Assembly: GCA_016200585.1 (NCBI GenBank)
Contig: JACQEN010000136.1
Span: 19,499 to 83,498 of the forward strand
Origin: Deltaproteobacteria bacterium
GTDB taxonomy: Bacteria > Desulfobacterota > Binatia > HRBIN30
Direction: 5' to 3'
Length of the DNA stretch: 64,000 nt
Each line of letters starts with the position of its first letter. Position 1 is the first letter of the stretch. Position numbers and translations under genes: made by a program. Below the pieces are notes generated by a model, which had not been told where the DNA came from, did not search any database, and worked only from the letters and a program-made list of their open reading frames with translations. Shown here piece after piece: positions 31,465-40,754 of the stretch.

Positions 31465-32220
31465 ATGGAGCAACGCATGCGGAACATTCAAGCCATATCA
31501 CTCGACGTCGGTTGGACCCTGGCCTACCCACAGGAATCGATGTGGGCGATCTTCGCCGACCTCTGCACTTCCGCTGGCGTGCGTACCGACCCGACGGCTT
31601 GCGAACAGTTGGTACGCAGCCTGTGGACCTTCGGCCAGACCCGCGCCGAAGAACACTTCCGCAGCGGTGCCGAGTACGCCGATTCGGACGAAGACTTCGC
31701 GGCGCAGTTCGCGACGCTGGGTGGAATCATCTTCGCCCAACTCGGAGTTGCCGATGGCCACAGCGAATTGATGCAGCGTTTTTTGCAACGCTTCTGGAGC
31801 CGCGATAACTGGCAAATCTTTCCCGACGTCATCGAGAGCCTGCACGAGCTTCGCGGCCGCGGCTTGCGTCTCGGAGTTCTGTCCAACGCACCGACCGACT
31901 TGCCCCTCCTTCTCGATCAGCTCGGGATCAGTCCGCTTCTCGACTTCTGCGTCGTTTCGGCCCGCGCCGGGGTCAAAAAACCCGACCGCCGCGTCTTCGC
32001 GATGACAGTGCAACGCGCCGGCGTTGCCGCCGAGTCGGTGTTGCACGTCGGCGATATGTACCTCGAAGACATCGTCGGCGGCGCTGCGGCAGGCTTGAAC
32101 ACTCTGCTGATCGAACGCGGCAACCGGGCGTTGTTTCCAAACTTCCGCGAGTCGGAAGGCCGCACGATCGAGTCGGACAAGATCGTTAGCGACCTGTCGC
32201 AGGTGCTCCAACGTCTCTGA
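31465..32220 (+). CDS. HAD-superfamily hydrolase (subfamily IA-like)
   Basis: Motif I ISLDVGWTL, motif II LSNAPT, motif III KKPD, motif IV HVGDMYLEDIVG. The second Asp of motif I is replaced (DVGWT). Confidence 0.65.
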   Translation: MEQRMRNIQAISLDVGWTLAYPQESMWAIFADLCTSAGVRTDPTACEQLVRSLWTFGQTRAEEHFRSGAEYADSDEDFAAQFATLGGIIFAQLGVADGHSELMQRFLQRFWSRDNWQIFPDVIESLHELRGRGLRLGVLSNAPTDLPLLLDQLGISPLLDFCVVSARAGVKKPDRRVFAMTVQRAGVAAESVLHVGDMYLEDIVGGAAAGLNTLLIERGNRALFPNFRESEGRTIESDKIVSDLSQVLQRL

Positions 32221-32417
32221 CGCGGCCTCCGAGAACTGGCGATTTCCGTCGACCCGTGCTTCGACGAGCTCAGCACGGACGGTTGGATACTCATCTTTAC
32301 CAAGGAGCTCCGCCCAGCCTGAACCTATCGAAGGGTGCTTTCTTCTTGGTCGACATCCTCATCAGAGCGAGACGACGGCCAAGCGTGTGCGCCGTCGACG
32401 GCTGCGGGGTGTTCCGA

Positions 32418-34358
32418 TCAACTCCTCGACAGCATGCCGTTGGCGATGCGTGTCGCGAAGGTCATGATCGTTTCCTGCGGGTTTACACCGACGCAACTGG
32501 GAAACAGGCTGCCGTCGGCGACGAACAGGCCGCCGACTCCGTGCACCTGGCCACCCAGGCCGACGACGCTGCGGCTGGGGTCGGGTCCCATGCGACACGT
32601 GCCCATGGGATGAAACGCCGTCGGCTGCAAGGCGGAAGGCTTCCAACGCCCCGCATCGCGCAGTTGCGGTAGATCGCGTGAGCTGCGTAAGGTCGACAAG
32701 CCGGGAAGGTCGACGTGCACCGTCTGCGCGCCGGCAGCGAAGAAGATTTCTGCGGCCAGCGCCATGCCGCGCAGCAGGCGCGTCGTGTCTTGCTGGTTGA
32801 GCGAATAGAAGATGAGCGGCCGCGGCCGTCCTGGCATGCGGCGGACTTGTCCGCTCGACGAATCGGAAACGAACAGCCCGGCCGAAGCGCGGTGCTTGAA
32901 TCCGCCCAGCGCTTCCTTCACCGGCATGCCAACGTTCTTGAGGGTGTTCACGGCCATGCTCGGAATCGGGTTGGTCACCTCGATCATGACGTCGTCCGAC
33001 AACGCCAGATGGTCGACGAAGTACGACTGCAACGTACCGCGCCAGGCGTAGATGTCCTCGTTGAACGACCCGGAGACGCTCAGCGCCGGGTGCAAACGCA
33101 AGTTACGCCCGAGCTGCCCGCTGCGGTCTTTGACGCCGGCCGTACGCAGTAGCAACGGCGTGTGGATGGTACCGGCGGCGACCACGACGCTGTCGGCGTG
33201 GACGGTCAAACGGCCACGCACGTCGTCGTTATGACGATCGAGGATCGACGCTTCCACACCGATCACCCGCTGTCCTTTCCATAAGAAGCCGTCGGCGCGG
33301 CAGCGGGCAAAGATGCGCGCCCCGGCTGCGGCGGCACGCGGCAGATAGGATACGTGCATCGCCTGCTTGGCGTCGCTCGGACAACCGAAGGCGCACACCC
33401 CGCAACCGCGGCAACCACGTATGTTGCGGCGAATCGGTTCGCCGCGCAGGCCGAGGGCACGCACACCGCGATCGAAGACTTCGGCGTTCTTGCCGATGAT
33501 TTCCCAGGGTACGGGCATGACATTGAGCTCGCGTTCGACGCGGTCGAACAACGGCGCCAGCGACGCGCTGTCGTATCCGTCGAGGCCGAACTCCGATACC
33601 CAGCGCTGCAGAATGTGCTCGGGAGCGCGGAAGCAGGTGCCCGAGTTGATCACCGTCGTGCCGCCGACGGCTTTGCCGAGCGGCAAGGGGATCACCGGAC
33701 GTCCAAGCGCGATCGTTGCCCCTTGATCGCGGTAGGTCCGCAAGACGCGGTTGAACGGCGTGTCGTTGAAATCGTCGGCTGTGAAGTAATCGCCTTCCTC
33801 GATGATCAACACGGAGCGTCCGGCTTCGGCGAGCTCCTTGGCGATAACCGCACCGCCCGCCCCGGAGCCGATGACGCAGACGTCGACACGTTCGCTGAGG
33901 TTGCCGTGGATCTCCGGATGCCGCAGCGGCTGCAAGCGCGGCCCGCGCTGCGGCGGTTCGCGGGAGATGCACGAAGCGTCGAAGCCCAGCGCCGCTTCAA
34001 CTTCGGGAGCGCTGCCGTAGGCGAAGCTGCTCAACTGTTTGAGAAGCTCCAGCGGCAAACGGCGCGACAAGGCTTGACTGTGGTAGGCACGCTCAACGAC
34101 TTCGGCACGTTGGGCCGCCGAGAGCTGCGAGAAGCGTCGGCCGCGCGTCAGGAGAGTATGATATTCCCAGGCGCTGACCAGCCACGCGATCGCCCGCCGC
34201 AGATCCGTATCGAAGTGCCCGAGCGCCGCGTCGACGCGCCGTGCCACGTCGACATCGGCAGCGCCGAGTTCCAGACCACCGCCGCGCGGAATGATCGCGT
34301 CGGCCACCGCCGCCATCGTCCGCATTTGCGTCGCGTTCAACGTGCCCTTTGATTCCAC
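32418..34358 (-). CDS. GMC-family FAD-dependent oxidoreductase fused to an N-terminal gluconate-2-dehydrogenase-subunit-3-like domain
   Basis: FAD-binding VCVIGSGAGGAVIAKELAEAG. C-terminal GMC_oxred_C with catalytic His region (AFHPMGTCRMG). About 150-aa N-terminal extra domain. Confidence 0.8.
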   Translation of the reverse strand: MESKGTLNATQMRTMAAVADAIIPRGGGLELGAADVDVARRVDAALGHFDTDLRRAIAWLVSAWEYHTLLTRGRRFSQLSAAQRAEVVERAYHSQALSRRLPLELLKQLSSFAYGSAPEVEAALGFDASCISREPPQRGPRLQPLRHPEIHGNLSERVDVCVIGSGAGGAVIAKELAEAGRSVLIIEEGDYFTADDFNDTPFNRVLRTYRDQGATIALGRPVIPLPLGKAVGGTTVINSGTCFRAPEHILQRWVSEFGLDGYDSASLAPLFDRVERELNVMPVPWEIIGKNAEVFDRGVRALGLRGEPIRRNIRGCRGCGVCAFGCPSDAKQAMHVSYLPRAAAAGARIFARCRADGFLWKGQRVIGVEASILDRHNDDVRGRLTVHADSVVVAAGTIHTPLLLRTAGVKDRSGQLGRNLRLHPALSVSGSFNEDIYAWRGTLQSYFVDHLALSDDVMIEVTNPIPSMAVNTLKNVGMPVKEALGGFKHRASAGLFVSDSSSGQVRRMPGRPRPLIFYSLNQQDTTRLLRGMALAAEIFFAAGAQTVHVDLPGLSTLRSSRDLPQLRDAGRWKPSALQPTAFHPMGTCRMGPDPSRSVVGLGGQVHGVGGLFVADGSLFPSCVGVNPQETIMTFATRIANGMLSRS

Positions 34359-34513
34359 CCCGCCATAGTGGCCGATTGTGCGAGCTGAGAAAAGGCAGAG
34401 GCAAGTCCGTCAGGTATCGAGACTTCCTGCGTCGCCAAGAGGTTGTGCCGACGTCCGTCGAGCTCGATGGAATATGCGGCGTCACACTTGTCCTTTCGCC
34501 AAATGTTCGATAC

Positions 34514-34527
34514 GGTTCCTGGGCAGT
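34514..34527 (+). promoter_or_regulatory. candidate LexA operator (direct repeat GTTC-N6-GTTC) between the -10 region and RBS of lexA
   Basis: GTTCGATACGGTTC lies 5 bp upstream of the GGAGGAG RBS. It resembles alpha-proteobacterial-type GTTC-N7-GTTC boxes, but the spacer is 6. Confidence 0.25.
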
Positions 34528-34531
34528 AGGA

Positions 34532-35143
34532 GGAGTGGAGATGATCCTCACCAAGCGGCAGAAAGAACTGTACGACTACATCGACGACTACATCGCCACC
34601 AACGGCTATGCGCCGACGCTCGAAGAGATCGGCGAGCGCTTTCAGCTGTCGTCGTTGGCGACGGTGCACAAGCACCTGTCAAACCTCGAGCAAAAGGGAG
34701 TCATCCGCCGCAAGTGGAACTTCAGCCGCGCCATCGAGCTCGTCCCAATGCAACGCAAAACCGGCGCTCTCGATCTGCCGTTGCTGGGCTACGTCGCCGC
34801 CGGCCAGCCTATCGAGGCTGTGGAGCGCGACGATACGTTCTGCGTGCCGGAAGAGTTCATTCGCCGCCAGAACACGTTCGTGCTGCGGGTGAAAGGCGAT
34901 TCGATGATTGAAGACGGAATATGCGACGGCGATTACATCGTCGTCGAAGAGCGGCAGACGGCGAACAACGGCGAGACGGTGGTGGCCCTGATCAACGGCG
35001 ACGCGACGGTCAAACGCTTCCAGCGTGACAAAGGCGGCAAGGTGCGGCTCGTTCCGGCAAATCAGTCGATGCAGCCGATCATTGTGAAGGACAAGGACCT
35101 GGCGATTCGTGGCGTCGTCGTTGCGGTGATGCGCAAGTATTGA
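34532..35143 (+). CDS. lexA: LexA repressor
   Basis: N-terminal wHTH (LTKRQKELYDYI...YAPTLEEIG). S24 peptidase with cleavage site (VAAGQP), catalytic Ser (VKGDSM) and Lys (GDATVKRF). Start at ATG 34532, preceded by RBS GGAGGAG. Confidence 0.9.
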   Translation, partial: GVEMILTKRQKELYDYIDDYIATNGYAPTLEEIGERFQLSSLATVHKHLSNLEQKGVIRRKWNFSRAIELVPMQRKTGALDLPLLGYVAAGQPIEAVERDDTFCVPEEFIRRQNTFVLRVKGDSMIEDGICDGDYIVVEERQTANNGETVVALINGDATVKRFQRDKGGKVRLVPANQSMQPIIVKDKDLAIRGVVVAVMRKY

Positions 35144-35227
35144 GGGGCAGGGTGCGAGTGGGCCTGCTAGCTTGGCGGTGGCCACCGGCGCGAGTGCCAC
35201 CACGACCGGCCACGAGCAAATGATCTG

Positions 35228-36436
35228 ATGTACTCAAGCCCCCAAGCCCTCGAGCCTTCAAACCCGCAAAGCTCCGCGCCGTCTTTCTCGCTCTACCTGC
35301 ACATTCCCTACTGCCAGGCGAAGTGTCCGTACTGCGATTTCAATTCGTACGCTGCGACGCAGTGGCCGGAGCAAGCCTACGTCGACGCCTTGTGCAGCGA
35401 GATGCGGCACTACGCGCAGCTGGAGCCGTGGCGTAGCGGATCGATTCGGACGATCTTCTTCGGTGGCGGAACACCGTCGCTGTTTGCGCCGCGTTCGCTT
35501 GCGAGCGTTCTTGCCAGCGTCGTCGGGTTATGGCCCGTGGCAGCCGATGTTGAGACAACCCTTGAGGCCAATCCCGGAACGATCTCCGCCGAATCGTTGC
35601 GCGGGTTCCGGGCCGCCGGTGTCAACCGCATGAGCTTCGGAGTGCAGTCGTTCGTGCCGCGGCATTTGCAGACTCTTGGCCGGATTCACGGCGCGCAGGA
35701 AGCGCGCGACGCGGTGCGCCTGGCGCGCGCGGCAGGTTTCGACAAGATCAGTGTCGACCTGATCTTTGCGTTGCCGCAACAGACACTGGAGGAGTGGGAA
35801 AGCGACTTGGCGGAAGCCTTGCAGCTCGAGACGAACCACATCTCGGCCTACAACCTGACGTACGAGGAAGGCACGCCGTTCCATCAGTGGCGCAAGCAGG
35901 GACGGTTGCAGAGCTTGCCGGACGAGATCGAGGTGGCGATGTTCACCCGCACGCAAGAAGTCCTCGGCGCTGCCGGTTTCGAGCAGTACGAGGTGTCGAA
36001 CTACGCGCGGTTCGGGCACGCGTGTCGGCACAATCTCAACTACTGGCACAGTGGGTCGTACCTCGGTGTCGGCGCCGGGGCGCATTCGTACGCCAAGCCA
36101 GGGCAGGGTGTGCAAGGGTGGGGTGAGCGGTGGGGCAACGAAAAGAGTCCGGGGCGATACATGGAGCTGGTGGGGAAAACGGGCGCGGCCCGGGCGACGC
36201 ACGAGGAGCTCAGCGAGAGCCAGGCGCGTGGCGAGTTCATGTTCCTAGGCTTGCGTTGCCGTGACGGCATCGATGCGACACAGTTCCGGGCGCGCTTTCA
36301 ATGCGACGTCGAGACGGCATTCCCGCACCTCGAGCAGCTGCGCAGCGACGGTCTGTTGCAGTGCGACGGGCAGCGTTGGCAGCTCAGCCCGCGCGGCCTG
36401 CTGCTCGGCGACAGTGTCTTTGCCACCTTCCTGTAG
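35228..36436 (+). CDS. hemW: radical-SAM haem chaperone HemW (oxygen-independent coproporphyrinogen-III oxidase-like)
   Basis: SLYLHIPYCQAKCPYCDFNS (CxxxCxxC) and the HemN_C domain. 402 aa. Confidence 0.85.
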   Translation: MYSSPQALEPSNPQSSAPSFSLYLHIPYCQAKCPYCDFNSYAATQWPEQAYVDALCSEMRHYAQLEPWRSGSIRTIFFGGGTPSLFAPRSLASVLASVVGLWPVAADVETTLEANPGTISAESLRGFRAAGVNRMSFGVQSFVPRHLQTLGRIHGAQEARDAVRLARAAGFDKISVDLIFALPQQTLEEWESDLAEALQLETNHISAYNLTYEEGTPFHQWRKQGRLQSLPDEIEVAMFTRTQEVLGAAGFEQYEVSNYARFGHACRHNLNYWHSGSYLGVGAGAHSYAKPGQGVQGWGERWGNEKSPGRYMELVGKTGAARATHEELSESQARGEFMFLGLRCRDGIDATQFRARFQCDVETAFPHLEQLRSDGLLQCDGQRWQLSPRGLLLGDSVFATFL

Positions 36437-36653
36437 CCCCGCTTCTTTTCCGGTGGCGAGGCGCATGACTTCGACCCGAGTGCGGGCGTGGACGCGTTTC
36501 AAAGTCTCACGCTACCCTCCGGTGCAAAGGACTTCCTCGGGCGTATTCTCCGAGTGGTCCATGGGCAGTAACGTGCCATGAGCGCCCAACGACAGACCTT
36601 ACCATTTGCCCGACGACATGACCGACTCCAACAGTTTCACGACACTAGGTGAA

Positions 36654-36726
36654 AGCCCGCGGTCGGAATCGAACCGACGACCTTCGCATTACAAGTGCGG
36701 CGCTCTGCCAACTGAGCTACACGGGC
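36654..36726 (-). tRNA. tRNA-Thr (anticodon TGT)
   Basis: The reverse complement GCCCGTGTAGCTCAGTTGGCAGAGCGCCGCACTTGTAATGCGAAGGTCGTCGGTTCGATTCCGACCGCGGGCT folds as a cloverleaf. Anticodon loop CUUGUAA. Confidence 0.9.
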
Positions 36727-36824
36727 GTGTTGGGTGGGCGGTGCCAGGCAGGGAGTGTTTACAAGCACGGCGACTTTAGCGTCAATCACCCCGGCGTCAA
36801 TTCCCGTTTTGCGTTCTGTTCACG

Positions 36825-37589
36825 TTACGGCTTCGGCTCCGTCTTCTTCTCGCGGTTCACGAACGGCGAGATGAGGTCGATGGGTAGCGGGAAGATCGTC
36901 GTCGAGTTGTTCTCCGACGCCACCTCGGTGAGCGTTTGCAGGAAACGTAGCTGCAACGCGATGGGATGCTGGCTGATGACCGCCGAGGCGTCGGCAAGCT
37001 TCTGCGCCGCCTGGAACTCGCCTTCGGCGTTGATCACCTTGGCGCGGCGCTCGCGTTCGGCTTCGGCCTGACGCGCCATGGCGCGCTGCATGTCCTGCGG
37101 CAGGTCGATGTGTTTGACCTCGACCGTCGTCACCTTGATGCCCCACGGATCGGTCTGGCTGTCGAGGATGTCCTGCAGCTGAGCGTTGATCTTGTCGCGT
37201 TCCGAAAGCAGGTCGTCGAGATCGGCCTGGCCGCAGACACTGCGCAAGGTCGTCTGCGCCAGTTGCGACGTGGCGTACATGTAGTCGACCACCTCGACGA
37301 CGGCGCGATTCGGGTCGACGACGCGGAAGTAGAGCACGGCGCTTACTTTGACCGAGACGTTGTCGCGTGTGATGACGTCTTGCGGCGGTACATCGAGGGT
37401 GATGGTGCGCAACTCGATGCGCTGCATCTTCTCCAGAACCGGCACGATGTAGATGACGCCGGGCCCGCGCGCTCCCACCAGACGGCCGAGGCGGAAGATC
37501 ACCGCACGCTCGTATTCTTTGAGAATCTTGATGCCGCTTGCCACGAGGGCGAAGGCGATGACGACGATGATTGCGAGCGGACCGAACAT
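36825..37589 (-). CDS. SPFH/band-7 (stomatin-like) membrane protein
   Basis: N-terminal TM, then the stomatin core ([17 protein letters not shown]...[22 protein letters not shown]...). 254 aa. Confidence 0.85.
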   Translation of the reverse strand: MFGPLAIIVVIAFALVASGIKILKEYERAVIFRLGRLVGARGPGVIYIVPVLEKMQRIELRTITLDVPPQDVITRDNVSVKVSAVLYFRVVDPNRAVVEVVDYMYATSQLAQTTLRSVCGQADLDDLLSERDKINAQLQDILDSQTDPWGIKVTTVEVKHIDLPQDMQRAMARQAEAERERRAKVINAEGEFQAAQKLADASAVISQHPIALQLRFLQTLTEVASENNSTTIFPLPIDLISPFVNREKKTEPKP

Positions 37590-37616
37590 GCAAACCTCCC
37601 TCTTCTGAACCGCGCT

Positions 37617-39005
37617 TCACTTCTGTGGGGCGCGCCGTACGTCCAACAGCATTCCGTTCACCTCGGTGATTTCGATGCGTGTGCCGGGCTCGAGAACTTC
37701 CTTCGCGGCGGCGTTCCAATATTCTCCATAGACGAACACCTTCCCCGGTTTGTCGGGAGTGATGCGGAAGCGCACCTCGCCGATCTGGCCGATCAATCCT
37801 TCTCGTCCGAGCAGCGCCGGGCGGCGCTGCGATCGTACCACCAGATAGCCGACGATGAAGGTGAACGCGCCGAACGTCGCCGCTGCGGCGTAGGCGATGT
37901 TGGGATCGAGCGTCAGGTCGGAGGCCGAAGTATCGAAGAGCAACAGCGAGCCCAAGACGAACGCCACGATGCCGCCGACACCGAGCGCCCCGAAGCTCGG
38001 TATGAAGAGCTCGGAGATCAGCAGGGCGAGACCCACGCCGATGAGCGCCAAGCCGCTGTAGTTGATCGGCAGAACCCGCATGGCCGTGAGACCGAGCAAC
38101 AGGCAGATGATCCCGGCGACGCCGGGAGCGTAGACCCCGGGATGCGTGAACTCGACGTACAGGCCGAGGATCCCCGCCATCATCAGGAGGTAGGCGATGT
38201 TCGGGTTGGCGATGATGTTGAGGACCTTTTGCTTGAGACGCATTTCGTGGCGCACGACTTCGGCGCCGGCGGTTCGCAGTTTGACCTTGCTGCCGCGGAC
38301 GGAGGCTTCGCGCCCATCGAGCTGGCGCAGCAGATCGTCGAGGTCGTTGGCAACCAGATCGACGACGTTGAGCTTCAGCGCCTCCTTCTCCGTAGCGGAG
38401 ACGCTTTCGCGCACCGCCTTTTCGGCCCAGTCGATATTGCGACCGCGCTCTTGGGCGATGCTCTTGCTCATGGCGGCGGTGAAGTTTTCGACCTTCTCGC
38501 GCATGTCGCCGCCGATGTCCTCGCCCTGGCCACCGACCGGATGCGCCGCGCCGATGTTGGTGCCTGGCGCCATGGCTGCGACGCTCGCCGCCATGGTTAC
38601 GAAGACACCGGCGGAAGCTGCTCCGGCGCCGCTTGGCGCGACGTAGACGACCACGGGCAGGGGTGATCCGAGGAGATCCTTGACGATCGATTTCGTGGAA
38701 TCCAGCAGGCCGCCGGGAGTATCGAGCTCGATGATCAGCGCCTGGGCGCCGTCGTGGTCGGCGCCTTGGATCGCTTCGCGGATGAAGTCGGCCGACGCCG
38801 GGTTGATGCCGCCGTCGACTGCAATCAAATGGACGATTCGTTCGCGTTCGCTGGCAGCTCCTTGGGGGAGAGGTGCCGACGTCGTCGCCGGTGGCGCCAC
38901 CGCTGTTCGTCGCGGCTCGCTTGCGAGCGCGATCCCAAGGCAACCGATCGTCAGGATGAGAAAAAGAAATTCAAGCAGATCCCATGGCCGGCGCGGGCGG
39001 CTCAC
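37617..39005 (-). CDS. NfeD-family membrane-bound ClpP-class serine protease (stomatin operon partner)
   Basis: ClpP-like domain (LIAVDGGINPASADFI...ELDTPGG...SGAASAGVFVTMA), several TM helices and a C-terminal OB-fold (NfeD). Proposed GTG start at 39005 overlaps the UDG stop (GTGA). The longer ORF upstream is Arg/Pro-rich. Confidence 0.7.
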   Translation of the reverse strand: MSRPRRPWDLLEFLFLILTIGCLGIALASEPRRTAVAPPATTSAPLPQGAASERERIVHLIAVDGGINPASADFIREAIQGADHDGAQALIIELDTPGGLLDSTKSIVKDLLGSPLPVVVYVAPSGAGAASAGVFVTMAASVAAMAPGTNIGAAHPVGGQGEDIGGDMREKVENFTAAMSKSIAQERGRNIDWAEKAVRESVSATEKEALKLNVVDLVANDLDDLLRQLDGREASVRGSKVKLRTAGAEVVRHEMRLKQKVLNIIANPNIAYLLMMAGILGLYVEFTHPGVYAPGVAGIICLLLGLTAMRVLPINYSGLALIGVGLALLISELFIPSFGALGVGGIVAFVLGSLLLFDTSASDLTLDPNIAYAAAATFGAFTFIVGYLVVRSQRRPALLGREGLIGQIGEVRFRITPDKPGKVFVYGEYWNAAAKEVLEPGTRIEITEVNGMLLDVRRAPQK

Positions 39006-39826
39006 GCGGGCGACTCCAACTCGCGCAGCACCATCTTGATGTCTTCCCACACCAGACGCTTGTCGGCGGGATTGCGCAGCAGATAGGCGGGATGGAGAGT
39101 CGGCATCAGCTTGGTTCCGCGGTAATCGTACCAGTGGCCGCGCAGTCGCGAAATCGGTGTTCGTTGGCCGAGCAGCGTTTGCGCCGCGAAGGTGCCGAGC
39201 GCGACGATGACCTTGGGGCGGATGATTTCGATCTGTCGCAGCAGGAAGGGCTGGCAAGCGGAGATCTCATCCGGTTCTGGATTGCGGTTCTCCGGCGGCC
39301 GGCACTTGATGACGTTGGCAATGTAGACGTCCTCGCGGCGCATCTTCATCCCCTTGGTAATGATCTCCGTGAGCAGCTGGCCGGCACGTCCGACGAAGGG
39401 TTCGGCCTTCAGATCTTCGTCGCGTCCCGGGCCTTCGCCGACAAACATCAGCTGTGCGTTGGGATTGCCGACACCGAAGACGATGTTCGTCCTCCCGCCG
39501 GCGAGCTTGCAGCGCTGGCAGTCGCCGATGTCGCGGCGAACATCGTCGAGGGTTGTCGCTTGCTGCAAGCTGGGCGACAGCAAGAGCTCGGCGGGCAGTG
39601 TTTCGGCTTTGCGCATGGATGGGGCCTCGAGATCGGGTACCGGGCTCGAATCGGAACGCGGCGCTGCCGGGGGTGGCTTTACTGCGCTGCGCTGCGTCGG
39701 CGCAGCGGGCGGAAAGGCATCGACGCCGGTCGAACGTTGATAATCGATGTAGGCGCGGACCTGCGCCAGCAATGCCCGCAAGCTTTCTTGTGCAGGCGGG
39801 TCTTGAGGGTTAGCATCGGAAGCCAT
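39002..39826 (-). CDS. uracil-DNA glycosylase, family 4 (Fe-S type)
   Basis: [38 protein letters not shown]...GRAG...[12 protein letters not shown] matches the family-4 UDG core with its Cys ligands. Confidence 0.85.
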   Translation of the reverse strand: MASDANPQDPPAQESLRALLAQVRAYIDYQRSTGVDAFPPAAPTQRSAVKPPPAAPRSDSSPVPDLEAPSMRKAETLPAELLLSPSLQQATTLDDVRRDIGDCQRCKLAGGRTNIVFGVGNPNAQLMFVGEGPGRDEDLKAEPFVGRAGQLLTEIITKGMKMRREDVYIANVIKCRPPENRNPEPDEISACQPFLLRQIEIIRPKVIVALGTFAAQTLLGQRTPISRLRGHWYDYRGTKLMPTLHPAYLLRNPADKRLVWEDIKMVLRELESPA

Positions 39827-40733
39827 GGGTTGGTCGTTGATCGTGGGGTTGTTGCTCTTGCTGCTGGCTCCCAGAGAAGCTGCGGCGTGGGGGCCGATTA
39901 CGCACTTGGCTCACGGTGCCGGGGTACTGTCGAACCTTACCATCCTGAGTGCGGCCCTTCAACGATTGCTGCAACGCGAACGCCTCGCCTACCTCTACGG
40001 CTGCGTCGGCGCCGACATCACACAGGCGAAAAAGTACACCCGCGCCGAACAAGCCCATTGTCACTCGTGGCGCGTCGGCTGGGAGTTGTTGGCGCAGGCG
40101 CAGAGCGATGCGCAGCGCGCCTTTTCCTACGGCTACCTGACGCATCTGTCGAGCGACGTCTACTCACACAACCACTTTGTGCCGACGCAGTTGATCGTCA
40201 GCTACCGCGCTTTGGCGCTGCGCCACGTGTACTGGGAAGCGCGCTTCGACGCGCTTCAGGATGCGGAGTTGCGCGACATCGTCGGTGAGCTGCGCTCGCG
40301 ACGCTTTGCGGAATGCGACGATCTGGTGCGCGAGGTCGTGTCCCGCACGTTGTTCTCGTTCTCGACCGACAAGCGCATCTTCAACGGTTTCATCGCCATC
40401 CACGACCTCGACCAGTGGCACAGCATCATGCGACGGCTGATCGCCCGCTCGCGCTACGCGCTGCCGCCCGACATCGTCAAACGCTACAACGACGCTTGCT
40501 ATCAAAGCATCGTCGACCTGTTGAAGAACGGCAAACGGGCCGACAATCAAAGCGCCGACCCCACCGGCCTGGTGGCGCTGACCATGGCCAAGGACCTGCG
40601 CAACACGCTCAAGCTGCTGGCGCGCAACCGCCGCTTGCCGCGCAAGCTGCAGCAAGAGATCGAAACGTTGAATGCGCGCCCTGAGCTGTCGCTCCAATCG
40701 GGTCTGCCGGCGCTGAGCCTGACGGTCGCTTAG
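39825..40733 (+). CDS. secreted zinc-dependent phospholipase C / S1-P1 nuclease-like protein
   Basis: Signal peptide, then the mature N-terminus WGPITHLAHG with downstream His/Asp clusters (HLSSDVYSHNH), reminiscent of the Zn_dep_PLPC fold. Assignment is tentative. Confidence 0.45.
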   Translation: MGWSLIVGLLLLLLAPREAAAWGPITHLAHGAGVLSNLTILSAALQRLLQRERLAYLYGCVGADITQAKKYTRAEQAHCHSWRVGWELLAQAQSDAQRAFSYGYLTHLSSDVYSHNHFVPTQLIVSYRALALRHVYWEARFDALQDAELRDIVGELRSRRFAECDDLVREVVSRTLFSFSTDKRIFNGFIAIHDLDQWHSIMRRLIARSRYALPPDIVKRYNDACYQSIVDLLKNGKRADNQSADPTGLVALTMAKDLRNTLKLLARNRRLPRKLQQEIETLNARPELSLQSGLPALSLTVA

Positions 40734-40754
40734 AGGCGGTTGGCCACCAGACGA

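Noticed and set aside
36820-38943. 707-aa Arg-rich ORF
   Set aside because: It overlaps the SPFH and NfeD genes out of frame. Its composition (more than 20% Arg, Gly/Pro runs) and lack of motifs mark it as a non-coding shadow frame. The same applies to 12300..14357(-), 14694..16427(-), 19366..21534(+), 9619..11052(-), 36966..38666(+), 49456..50499(-) and 63102..63830(-).
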